Of a DNA stretch of 64,000 nucleotides, positions 27,431-35,981 are shown in pieces; the stretch's first letter is position 1; every line of letters begins with the position of its first letter. The stretch comes from a virus, in IMG/VR virus record IMGVR_UViG_3300022903_000002, positions 1-64,000 of that record; one strand, 5' to 3'. The translations under genes and the position numbers were made by a program. The notes beneath the pieces are model-generated. The model was not told the DNA's origin, did no database searches, and was given only the letters and a program-made list of their open reading frames with translations.

Positions 27431-29611
27431 GTGGTCACTCTTGTCGGTGCTGATGCCGGCGGCGGCAACGTCGCCACCATCACCGACCTGACCTGGCCCG
27501 CCGTCCAAGCGAACGACGTCGCTGTCGTCGTCTGGGTCATGCAGAACACCCTCACCCCGACTATCCCGTCCGGATGGACCGTCCCCAGCGGCGGCGCCGT
27601 AGACGCGACGAACGGGGCGAGCCGCACCCGCGTCATGTGGAAGGCCTGCACCGGCTCCGAAACCGGCGCGCTTTCCCTGACGAACTCCACCAGTGCGATC
27701 AACCACCAGTCCGCGATCCTGCTCGTCTACCGCGGCGTCGACACGACAGCACCGATCGACGCACTGAACTCCCGGTCCGAGACGACCGCGGGTACGACGC
27801 ACGCGTCGCCGAGCATCACGACGGTCGCGGCGAACGCCCCGGTTCTGGCTGCGGTGATCGAACGGTCCACGTCCGGCACAAACAACTGGACTGCGCCCAG
27901 CGGCTACACCGAACGCGCTGACTCCACGACACTCGCGACTGGGTCGGGCGGCACGATCGTCGCTGGCGCTGATGACGGCCTCGCGGTTACACGTTCGGGC
28001 GGGACGACAGTCACGCCAAGCGTGTGGACGTCAGCGAACTCGTTCAGTACCGCGAACGTGGTGACGTGGACGCTGAGCTTGAAGCCGGGCGCGACGAACG
28101 CGGCCCCGACCCCGTCCGCGGTCTCAGCGGTCGCTGCGGTTCCGGCGCCGGGACCGGCCACGGGAGAGACAACCTCTCCTGCCGCTGCGGTGGCGGTTGC
28201 CGGGGTTCCGGCGCCTTCGGCGTCGACGGGTTCAGCAGCCTCGCCTTCCGCCGCCGCGGCGACAGCGGCTGTTCCCGCGCCATCTGTGCAGGCGGGCGAG
28301 ACGGCCTCCCCGCCTGTTGTGGTTACCGCCGCGGCGGTACCGGCACCATCGGCTCAGACCGGATCCGTTGCGGCACCCTCCGCTGCTACCGCTGCCACGT
28401 CGGTGCCCGCCCCGGCCTCCTCGGCAAGCGCTACCGCCGTAGCCGCTGCCGTCACAGCCGTGGCCGCTGTACCGGCCCCGGTCTCATCGGCCGGTGCCGC
28501 TGCGACTCCCGCGACGGTCTCTACGGTGGCGTCCGTCCCCGCGGCTGCCGAGGCGACGGGCAGCACCCTCACACCGACCACGGTCACCGCATCCGCAGCC
28601 GTACCATCTGCGGCATCCTCGGCGAGTTCTTCCGCGGCCCCGGCGGCAGTCTCAACAGCGGCAACGATTCCTACGGTCAGCGCGGCCACGGACGCGACAT
28701 CCGCAGCCGCCACGGTTACAGCATCGGCTACGGTTCCGCCTGTTGCGGTCGCCGCAGGAGAATCCGCGCAGCCCTCAACGGCGTCGGCTACGGCATCCGT
28801 CCCGGCGCCTGCCGCCACGACAGGGGCGACTGCAGCGGCAACCCCCGTTGTCGTCTCAACGACCATCTCCGCCCCGGCCATCTCAGCGGGGGCGACAGCC
28901 AACCCCGCACAGGTCGATGCGTCCACGACGGTTCCAGCACCGACCGTGGACACGAGCGGCAACACGACGGTCGCCCCGTCCACGGTTCGCGCCGCTATTG
29001 ATGTGCTTGTTCCGGCGACCTCGGCGAGCTCGTCTGCGACGCCGGCCACGGCCGCGGGTAGCGCCTCGACCGGTATGCCGACCGTCGCCGCGAGGACCGA
29101 AGCGGACCCGCCACCGGTCGTAACATCCACCGCTGTTCCAGGACCTTTGGCCAGCAGCGGCTCCGCGGCGCAACCGTCGGCTGTAGCCGCCACTGCCGCG
29201 ATCCCCGCGGTCGTGAGCAGCGTGGCCACTGTTGTAGCCGCAACGACAGCGACGGCAGGCTCGACGGTACCGGCGCCTACGACGCTCATCAGTGTCCGCA
29301 CCGATGCTGGTGTGGTCGCTGCACTCGCGACGGTCCCGACCGCGGCTACCTCCACGGACCACGGCACCGAGGCGACGCCGAGTGTCGTCCACGGACACGC
29401 GACCATCCCGCACCCGACAGTCAACGTCCCGGACATCCAGCCAGTCCCAGATCACCTCACCGGTACGGCTATCGTCACCGGTTACGCCGGGACCGTCCAC
29501 CTACGCCAGCTCAGCGGTTCGGCCTCCCGCCGGCCCCGCTCTGGAGCGGCTACGCCCTACGCCTACAGCGGCACGGCGACACCGGAGCTACTTGTTGGGA
29601 CAGCGAGGTGA
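27431..29611 (+). CDS. Fibre-like virion protein: beta-rich N-domain + ~20 Ala/Ser/Thr/Pro-rich 22-aa repeats
   Basis: Repeat unit e.g. TGETTSPAAAVAVAGVPAPSAS; N-domain paralogous to 58773-59828. Confidence 0.75.
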   Translation: MVTLVGADAGGGNVATITDLTWPAVQANDVAVVVWVMQNTLTPTIPSGWTVPSGGAVDATNGASRTRVMWKACTGSETGALSLTNSTSAINHQSAILLVYRGVDTTAPIDALNSRSETTAGTTHASPSITTVAANAPVLAAVIERSTSGTNNWTAPSGYTERADSTTLATGSGGTIVAGADDGLAVTRSGGTTVTPSVWTSANSFSTANVVTWTLSLKPGATNAAPTPSAVSAVAAVPAPGPATGETTSPAAAVAVAGVPAPSASTGSAASPSAAAATAAVPAPSVQAGETASPPVVVTAAAVPAPSAQTGSVAAPSAATAATSVPAPASSASATAVAAAVTAVAAVPAPVSSAGAAATPATVSTVASVPAAAEATGSTLTPTTVTASAAVPSAASSASSSAAPAAVSTAATIPTVSAATDATSAAATVTASATVPPVAVAAGESAQPSTASATASVPAPAATTGATAAATPVVVSTTISAPAISAGATANPAQVDASTTVPAPTVDTSGNTTVAPSTVRAAIDVLVPATSASSSATPATAAGSASTGMPTVAARTEADPPPVVTSTAVPGPLASSGSAAQPSAVAATAAIPAVVSSVATVVAATTATAGSTVPAPTTLISVRTDAGVVAALATVPTAATSTDHGTEATPSVVHGHATIPHPTVNVPDIQPVPDHLTGTAIVTGYAGTVHLRQLSGSASRRPRSGAATPYAYSGTATPELLVGTAR

Positions 29612-29614
29612 ACC

Positions 29615-29950
29615 GTGGCCCGCGTCACGCCCCTCACTCTCGATGAGAACAACGACGAAACCCTCGACCTGACCGTCACCGCAGACACGCTGATCGATCC
29701 GGATCAGGCCAGTTTCGAGTTGGTGATCAAGGCGTCCGCATCTGCGGATGATGCTGACGGTACGACGCTCACTGACGCGGACGGCATCACGGTCACCTCA
29801 ACGGAGCCGGCCAAGACCATCGCCCTAACCGCGGACATACCGGCGAGCGTGCTCGAGACTCCAGGCACCCGGTTCTGGCGCCTGGACGTGATTGTTTCCG
29901 GGAAGCGCGGCACCGCGATGTACGGGCCTCTCCGGATCCGGGACCTGTGA
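29615..29950 (+). CDS. Hypothetical (likely structural) protein
   Basis: GAGGTGA RBS; beta-rich acidic protein. Confidence 0.65.
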   Translation: MARVTPLTLDENNDETLDLTVTADTLIDPDQASFELVIKASASADDADGTTLTDADGITVTSTEPAKTIALTADIPASVLETPGTRFWRLDVIVSGKRGTAMYGPLRIRDL

Positions 29951-29959
29951 GGGGACTCG

Positions 29960-30643
29960 GTGACCGCTGACCTCCTGATGATCGTCCCGTCCCGTGGACG
30001 CCCACAGAACATCGCCGCCCTGTGGGAAGCGTGGGAGGCCACATCTGGTGGCGTCGCGGAACTCCTCGTCGCCGTCGATGACGACGACCCGGCCCTGACC
30101 GAGTATGAGCAGGTCTGCCGGGAGCGGCACATCGACCTCACTGTCGGCCCTCGCTTGCGGATGGTGCCGACCCTTAACCAGGTCGCGGCCCGGTGGGCGC
30201 CGCATTTCTTCGCGCTCGGATTCCTCGGGGATGATCATCGACCCCGGTCTACCGGGTTCGATCAGCGGTATCTCGAGACCCTCATCGAGCTCCGCACGGG
30301 CTTCGTCTACGGCAACGACCTGCTCGCCGGCGAACGCCTCCCAACTCAATTCGCACTTACTTCGGACATCGTCCAGGCCCTCGGCGCAATGATCGCCGCG
30401 CCGGTCCGGCATATGTTCGCCGACAATACGATCTGGGACCTCGGACACGCGATCGACCGAATCCGTTACCTGCCCGACGTGATTGTGGAGCACCTGCATC
30501 CGATCGCGCAGAAGGCGGACATGGATGCGGGCTACGAAGAGGTGAACGACCCGGACGCGTTCGAAGCCGACCGCCTCATCTACGCGGACTGGTACGCGAA
30601 CCAGATGCCCGCGGACGTCGCCAAGCTGAAGACGCTCCTGTGA
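29960..30643 (+). CDS. Glycosyltransferase, GT-A fold (GT2-like)
   Basis: 'IVPSRGRP', 'VDDDD', 'GDDH', 'H.FAD', 'EHLHP'. Confidence 0.75.
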   Translation: MTADLLMIVPSRGRPQNIAALWEAWEATSGGVAELLVAVDDDDPALTEYEQVCRERHIDLTVGPRLRMVPTLNQVAARWAPHFFALGFLGDDHRPRSTGFDQRYLETLIELRTGFVYGNDLLAGERLPTQFALTSDIVQALGAMIAAPVRHMFADNTIWDLGHAIDRIRYLPDVIVEHLHPIAQKADMDAGYEEVNDPDAFEADRLIYADWYANQMPADVAKLKTLL

Positions 30644-31542
30644 GCCGCGCACTCGTATCCGGCGGCGCGGGATTCATCGGCCGACACCTCGTCCGCGCGC
30701 TCACCGACGCAGGCTGGGACGTCACAGCGTTCGACATCTACCCGCGCAAGATCCCGAAGGTTCGTTTCAGGGACGCACGGGCGTTCTTCTCCTCGGACGC
30801 CACGACCTACGATCTCGTGGTGCATGCTGCGGCGGTGGAGCCTCACCGGTCCGCGATCGACAATTCGCCGCTGACGGTCGGTGCCGGGAACCTCGAACTC
30901 GACGCTGGCCTGTTCCAGTGGGCGGCCCGAACCAAGCCCGGCCGCGTGGTGTACCTGTCGAGCTCCGCCGCATATCCGATCTGGCTGCAGGATGGCATCC
31001 ATCCCTACCGGCTTGTCGAGAAAGACGCGAGGAAAGCGCATCAGCCGGACGCGATGTATGGCGAACTCAAGGCGATGGGGGAGCGGCTCGCATCCGCGTA
31101 CCGGCAGCAGGGCGGCATGGTGACGGTCGTAAGGCCGTTCTCTGGCTACGGCGAGGACCAGTCTGAGGACTTCCCGTTCGGCGCGTTCACCGCCCGCGCT
31201 CGCCGCCGTGACGACCCGTTCGAGGTATGGGGCGACGGAACACAGGTCCGCGACTGGATCCACGTCTCGGATGTGGTGGGTGCGATCCTCGCGGCCTACG
31301 AGCACGGCGTTGACGGCCCCGTGAACTTGGCGACCGGACGGCCCACGTCCTTCAACGAGTTGGCTCTCATGTTCGCCGCGGAGGCGGGCTACGCGCCGCA
31401 GATCAAGCACGTCCTGGACGCTCCGCGCGGTGTCGCGTACAGGGTCGGAGACCCGACACTCCTGCGGACGTTCTACGAGTGCAAGGTGACGATTGAAGAG
31501 GGCATCAGGCGGGCGCTGCCTAGCGGCGCTTGTTGTTCCTGA
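30640..31542 (+). CDS. NAD-dependent NDP-sugar epimerase/dehydratase
   Basis: GGAGFIG Rossmann motif, 'SSSAAY', YxxxK (YGELK), 'GDGTQVRDWIHV.D'. Confidence 0.93.
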   Translation: MSRALVSGGAGFIGRHLVRALTDAGWDVTAFDIYPRKIPKVRFRDARAFFSSDATTYDLVVHAAAVEPHRSAIDNSPLTVGAGNLELDAGLFQWAARTKPGRVVYLSSSAAYPIWLQDGIHPYRLVEKDARKAHQPDAMYGELKAMGERLASAYRQQGGMVTVVRPFSGYGEDQSEDFPFGAFTARARRRDDPFEVWGDGTQVRDWIHVSDVVGAILAAYEHGVDGPVNLATGRPTSFNELALMFAAEAGYAPQIKHVLDAPRGVAYRVGDPTLLRTFYECKVTIEEGIRRALPSGACCS

Positions 31543-31627
31543 TCACCACGAACAAACTCCCCGCAGTGCTGCCGATAGTCGCAAGGATGAGCAACTCGGC
31601 TAGGTAGAGGAGCAGGTGTACGTTCAC
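31520..31627 (-). CDS. 35-aa single-TM peptide (not in ORF track)
   Basis: VNVHLLLYLAELLILATIGSTAGSLFVVIRNNKRR*; GACGAT-N6-GTG leaderless arrangement. Confidence 0.55.
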   Translation of the reverse strand: MNVHLLLYLAELLILATIGSTAGSLFVVIRNNKRR

Positions 31628-31684
31628 CTGGCCATCGTCCCACGGAGCAGGGCATTCGCCGGTCGCTCATGGGACAATAGAAAC

Positions 31685-31882
31685 GTGACCAGAGAGCCGA
31701 ATATGGATTGGGCCGCCCGAGTAGACGGTGAGATCATCCTCCAGATCACAGGGCCCGACGCCGAGGCAATGGTCCGCGCGGTCGCCGCCGAGCGCGGCGG
31801 TGTTGTGGCCTATCGGATAGACGAGCCGCCGAACGAGGACATCCCGTACACCCACTTTGGCCCCTGGATAGACGTCGAATGA
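31685..31882 (+). CDS. Small hypothetical protein (leaderless)
   Basis: GACAAT-N6-GTG start. Confidence 0.55.
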   Translation: MTREPNMDWAARVDGEIILQITGPDAEAMVRAVAAERGGVVAYRIDEPPNEDIPYTHFGPWIDVE

Positions 31883-31903
31883 CCTGACGGATCGGAGCGT
31901 GTC

Positions 31904-32140
31904 GTGTCCGCACCGAACGAACAGCCCATCTACCGGCGCCTCCGACCCCCGTCCGGAACGGCAGTGTGCGTGTCCACCCGAGACGACCGCATCACCATCG
32001 CCGTCGGCGCACGACAACGCGTCAACTGCGACCGCGAAGACGCATACGCCGTGTGGCGGGCACTGACGACGACCCTGTTCGCTGACGGCGGCACGGCCCC
32101 GAAGTGGGCGATGCGTCTACCAGAAGCCAGCAGCCGGTGA
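31904..32140 (+). CDS. Small hypothetical protein
   Basis: GGAG RBS; GTGA overlap with next gene. Confidence 0.55.
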   Translation: MSAPNEQPIYRRLRPPSGTAVCVSTRDDRITIAVGARQRVNCDREDAYAVWRALTTTLFADGGTAPKWAMRLPEASSR

Positions 32141-32811
32141 CCATCCCGCTGATCGTGTTGACGAACGGCCGCCGCGACTGCATCTCCCAGACGATCCCCA
32201 GCATCACCAAGCACCTGACCGGCTACGGCGACATGGTCATCGTGGACGACTCCGGGGACAAGGACTATCGGGCGTGGCTTGCCGTCGAGTTCCCGGACGC
32301 TCTCGTCACTGCCGTAGCCTCGGAGGCCGCCGGGTACTGGCGGGCGATGCGGACCGTCTGGGCGATCGCCCGAGGCTCCGGAGCCGACACGGTAGTGATG
32401 TGGGAAGACGACTTCGTTCTCCTCGACGACATCGACGTAGCGTGCCTCGACCGCGTCCTCGACGAGCACCCATACCTGACACAGATCGCTCTGCGCCGGC
32501 AGCCGTGGTTCGCCAACGAGATCGCGCACGGCGGGACGCTGGAAGCCCTGGAAGTGCAGGGCCAGACGTTCGCCGAGACCAGCGACGGCAGACACCATTG
32601 GATCGAGCACCGCGCCTGCTTCACCGGCAACCCGTGCTTCATCCGGCGCAGGACATTCGAGCGCGACTGGCCCGAGGGCGCATGGTCGGAGTCCCGCTTC
32701 GGCCGGCTCCTCTTCGCCGACCCTGACGCCCGTGGCGCGTACTGGGGACGTCGCAGCGACCCGCCCCACGTGGAGCACATCGGACACGAGCGGGTCGGGA
32801 CGGAGTATTAG
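32137..32811 (+). CDS. Glycosyltransferase, GT-A fold
   Basis: 'IVDDSG', 'WEDDF', 'FTGNP', 'V.HIG'. Confidence 0.75.
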   Translation: MTIPLIVLTNGRRDCISQTIPSITKHLTGYGDMVIVDDSGDKDYRAWLAVEFPDALVTAVASEAAGYWRAMRTVWAIARGSGADTVVMWEDDFVLLDDIDVACLDRVLDEHPYLTQIALRRQPWFANEIAHGGTLEALEVQGQTFAETSDGRHHWIEHRACFTGNPCFIRRRTFERDWPEGAWSESRFGRLLFADPDARGAYWGRRSDPPHVEHIGHERVGTEY

Positions 32812-32813
32812 TA

Positions 32814-33041
32814 ATGGACAGCCTCGAAGCTCTTCAGCGGGCAGTGCTCGACGCGGAGCGCATCTACGGCATAATCCGCGACGATCTCCAGCGTCAGCTT
32901 GACGCGGATGGCCATCAGCACCTGACGCCAGAACAGATGCGCGATCCGAACGGCCGATTCATCCTCCTGGACGCGCTCACCGCGATCGTCAATGCGCGGG
33001 CCACTCAGCTATGGGCCACACAGTCACTCGACCGCTCTTAA
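32814..33041 (+). CDS. Small hypothetical protein
   Basis: ORF after GGAG RBS. Confidence 0.55.
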   Translation: MDSLEALQRAVLDAERIYGIIRDDLQRQLDADGHQHLTPEQMRDPNGRFILLDALTAIVNARATQLWATQSLDRS

Positions 33042-33066
33042 AACATCTTCTGAGGTGGCTGCCGCC

Positions 33067-33630
33067 ATGGCTTTGAACGACCACGCCTCCACACTCCGCC
33101 AGGCAGCACTCGACGCCTCACAGCGCCTCCACGCCCAGATCGAAGGCGAGTTCGCTCTCCGCCCCGGCGTCGACCGCAACGAGACCACCCTCGACGCCGA
33201 ATTCGACATCCGCTCCACCGCCGAGACCTTCTACGCCTGGCTGAACGGCACCACCCACCTCAGCCTCGAACGCGGCCCAGTCACGAAGCAGACCCCCGGC
33301 AGCCCCGCCGGTACAACCCTGAACGAGGAGAGCACTGTGCAGATCCATGACGACGAGCAGTTCACCCTGTCCGTCCACACCACCGACGCCAAGGGCTTCG
33401 AAACCAGCGACCAGATCGACTGGGCCGTCGACAACACCGACGCCGTCACCCTCCAGGTCTCCGACGACGGCCGCTCCTGCACCGTCGTAGCTGGCCAGCC
33501 CGGCTCGGCCGTGATCACGGTGACGGACTCCGCCACCGACCCGGTCCTGTCCGCGACCGAAGCCGTCGACGTGGTCGCGGGCGGTACGGCGACGATCACC
33601 CTGACCGAGGGCGACGTCACCAAGCAGTAG
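33067..33630 (+). CDS. Protein with C-terminal Ig-like (Big_2-type) domain; possible internal start at 33337
   Basis: 'IDWAVDN.DAVTL.VSDDG.S.TV.A..PGSAVITVT'; internal GAGGAG-N6-GTG. Confidence 0.65.
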   Translation: MALNDHASTLRQAALDASQRLHAQIEGEFALRPGVDRNETTLDAEFDIRSTAETFYAWLNGTTHLSLERGPVTKQTPGSPAGTTLNEESTVQIHDDEQFTLSVHTTDAKGFETSDQIDWAVDNTDAVTLQVSDDGRSCTVVAGQPGSAVITVTDSATDPVLSATEAVDVVAGGTATITLTEGDVTKQ

Positions 33631-33640
33631 GTCTCAAGCT

Positions 33641-33708
33641 CCCGGCCTGCCTCGTACTTTCTGGAAGTGGGGCGTGCGTGCGCAGGTCGGGTCAAAGCCC
33701 CACTTCCA
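33641..33708 (+). ncRNA. Intergenic hairpin with loop-downstream pairing (pseudoknot/switch), copy 2
   Basis: Stem 33641-33650/33682-33691; loop TGGAAGTGGGGC 33662-33673 complementary to GCCCCACTTCCA 33697-33708. Confidence 0.6.
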
Positions 33709-33723
33709 ACTCAAGGATCGCTC

Positions 33724-34005
33724 ATGCAGAGCAAGCTTCCTGATCGCGACACTCGCGAATACGAGTGGTGGCTCGCAGGCGCTACCGCCGAGGTTGAGGC
33801 ACGCAAGGAAGGCCGCAGCAAACCCGGACTTCAGGTGCGCAGCTTCGTTGATGGGCTCGCCGAACACTATGGCGAGCTTGACGAGGCGCAGATCGCCGCA
33901 TTTGTGTTCAAGGTCTACACGGCTGGCCTGCCGCTGCGGATTCGGATCCGTCTTGCCCTGAAGGGCCCCACGTTCTCACCGCGCGGTAAGGGCAGTAATG
34001 GGTGA
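33724..34005 (+). CDS. Hypothetical protein
   Basis: AAGGA RBS; MQSKLPDR... Confidence 0.55.
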   Translation: MQSKLPDRDTREYEWWLAGATAEVEARKEGRSKPGLQVRSFVDGLAEHYGELDEAQIAAFVFKVYTAGLPLRIRIRLALKGPTFSPRGKGSNG

Positions 34006-34216
34006 GCCCCGCCGCTTCTACCTCCAGCGCGATACCGACGTAACCGGCGCGAGCGGTGTCGGCCGTGTCGCTGACGGCATTCTCTGGCCCGACGGCACCG
34101 CAACCGTCCACTGGCGAGGTGAGGACAACAGCGAAGTGTCCTGGCCGACCGGAATCGCAGGCATCGAACGCCGCTCCGGCCACGGCGGTGCGACCCGCAT
34201 CGTCTGGATCGACTGA
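33998..34216 (+). CDS. Conserved small phage protein
   Basis: 'F.L.R..DVTG.SG.G.VA.G..WPDG......GHGG.TRIVW'. Confidence 0.75.
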   Translation: MGEPRRFYLQRDTDVTGASGVGRVADGILWPDGTATVHWRGEDNSEVSWPTGIAGIERRSGHGGATRIVWID

Positions 34217-34233
34217 CAGGGGAAGGCCAGGTC

Positions 34234-34458
34234 ATGCCAGCCCACCAGAAGGCATACCGCCGCATCTTCGACATGGTCGCCCAGGCGAAATCCAGTAGAG
34301 ACCAAGACCGCTGGCTGGATGAGGCTCTGGACCTCCGGCAGCGGGCAACAGACTGGGACGCCGACCAATGGGGTTTCAACCCCGACCTGTGGATGGAAGC
34401 CGAGCGCGCCGAACTCGCGAGCCGCGGCGGCAACGACTGGCCCCAGGAACGCGCGTGA
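34234..34458 (+). CDS. Small hypothetical protein
   Basis: RBS; GTGA overlap with next gene. Confidence 0.6.
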   Translation: MPAHQKAYRRIFDMVAQAKSSRDQDRWLDEALDLRQRATDWDADQWGFNPDLWMEAERAELASRGGNDWPQERA

Positions 34459-35171
34459 GGGTCCTTGTAGCCATTCCGTGGAGACCGCAGCCTGACCGCA
34501 TCTACGCCCACGATCTGACCGTCCAGCGCTACAGGGAGCTTCTCCCCGACGCCGACATCGTGGACGTCGACACTGACCATGACCCGTTCAGCCTCGCCGC
34601 CTGCCGCAACAAGGGCGTCCGCCTCGCCGAAGGGGACGGCCACGACGTGGTCGTACTCGGCGACGCAGACACACTCGCGGAGCAGGAGCCTCTCCTCGCC
34701 GCCATCGACAGCGCGCGCAGCAGCGGCAAGGTACACCTGCCGTACACCTTCTACAGGTCCCTCGGCTTCTACGGCACCAACCAACTACTCAACGGCTTCC
34801 CGATCGAGACCTGCGACAACGTGACCATCCCCACGGCCACGAGCGGCGTCTATGTCGCCACCCCCGCGATCTGGTGGGCATGCGGCGGCCAGGACGAACG
34901 CATGCTCGGCTGGGGCATGGAAGATGTCGCGTGGCTCGTCGCCCACCGGGCGCTACTCGGCGGTGAACCTGTCCGGCATGACGGCAGCGTCTACGCACTT
35001 CACCACGAGTCCGCAGCCAAGCAAGGCGACCAGTACGAGCGGAACGTCGCGCTCTACCACCGCTACATCGAAGCTGGCGACTCCGGAAACCCCGACGCTG
35101 TACGCGCGGTCGTCGCCGAACATGCCGACGCTGTGACCTGCGGCAAGTCAACATCGTCCACCGGCGGGTAA
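34455..35171 (+). CDS. Glycosyltransferase, GT-A fold (GT7/GT2 C-terminal GWG.ED motif)
   Basis: 'IPWR', 'RN.GV', 'DADT', 'GG.DERMLGWGMED', 'LHH'. Confidence 0.82.
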   Translation: MRVLVAIPWRPQPDRIYAHDLTVQRYRELLPDADIVDVDTDHDPFSLAACRNKGVRLAEGDGHDVVVLGDADTLAEQEPLLAAIDSARSSGKVHLPYTFYRSLGFYGTNQLLNGFPIETCDNVTIPTATSGVYVATPAIWWACGGQDERMLGWGMEDVAWLVAHRALLGGEPVRHDGSVYALHHESAAKQGDQYERNVALYHRYIEAGDSGNPDAVRAVVAEHADAVTCGKSTSSTGG

Positions 35172-35178
35172 GCAGCTC

Positions 35179-35808
35179 CTACTGCCCGACCGCACTGATG
35201 CGCACCTGGGAACTCTTAGGCCCGTAGTCGACCCGGTACAACGGACTCCCTGCACTGTCGGTCACCTCAAGCGCACCCGGCCCGCCAGGGATGTTGTACA
35301 TCCACACGCCGGACACATACCTACCAGGCGACGGAGCCGGCTGTTCGATACCCGCCCACTCCTGACCCAGGCCATGACACGTACCTATCGTCCCCGGAGT
35401 CGTATCCGCCTGCCGCCCATCAAGCCCGAACCACTGCGACCCCGTCTGCGCATCAGTATCGTCACTGGAGTATTTGACCGTCCCGACGTTCCGCAACTTG
35501 AAGCTGACACACAGCGTCACAGTGCCCTTCGGATCCGAAGATGCCCGCGGCCGGGTCTTGAGCCCCGTCACGGTGATCTCCAAGTTCGCTGCACCTTCCG
35601 CTGTCGGCATCTGGTACTTGAACGGCCGCCCTACCTGGACCGCCGGCACGGGGATGTCGCTGGTCTTCGCGGTCGGCATGCACTCAGGGACCGCCTCATC
35701 GCACGGCTTGCCCGACTGAGCCCGCTTACCTGAAGCCTTGTGTTCCGCTCCGCCGCAGCCCGCAAGTGACAGGGCAAGCGCAGCGGTTACGAGGAGTGTC
35801 GTTTTCAT
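35179..35808 (-). CDS. Putative lipoprotein (moron)
   Basis: MKTTLLVTAALALSLAG-C lipobox; beta-sandwich-like body; opposite strand. Confidence 0.7.
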   Translation of the reverse strand: MKTTLLVTAALALSLAGCGGAEHKASGKRAQSGKPCDEAVPECMPTAKTSDIPVPAVQVGRPFKYQMPTAEGAANLEITVTGLKTRPRASSDPKGTVTLCVSFKLRNVGTVKYSSDDTDAQTGSQWFGLDGRQADTTPGTIGTCHGLGQEWAGIEQPAPSPGRYVSGVWMYNIPGGPGALEVTDSAGSPLYRVDYGPKSSQVRISAVGQ

Positions 35809-35872
35809 GACAGAGGGGACGGGCGAACTGCCCAGGTGGTTCGCACCGCCGCCGGATCCGGCCATGCGGGAC

Positions 35873-35981
35873 TGTCGTAGATGCGTGAGACACTAGATCA
35901 GACGTTCGAACTTAATAAGAGACCCCCGCGAGTGCTACCAACACTCCGGGGGCATGGCCGACCTGATGAGAGCAGATCGAC
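35873..35981 (+). promoter_or_regulatory. DNA-damage-type promoter cassette B: TGTCGT-N10-GACACT, LexA-like box, two-hairpin leader
   Basis: TGTCGT 35873-35878; -10 35889-35894; TAGATC-AGAC-GTTCGA 35894-35909; hairpins 35923-35952 and 35957-35981. Confidence 0.65.
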
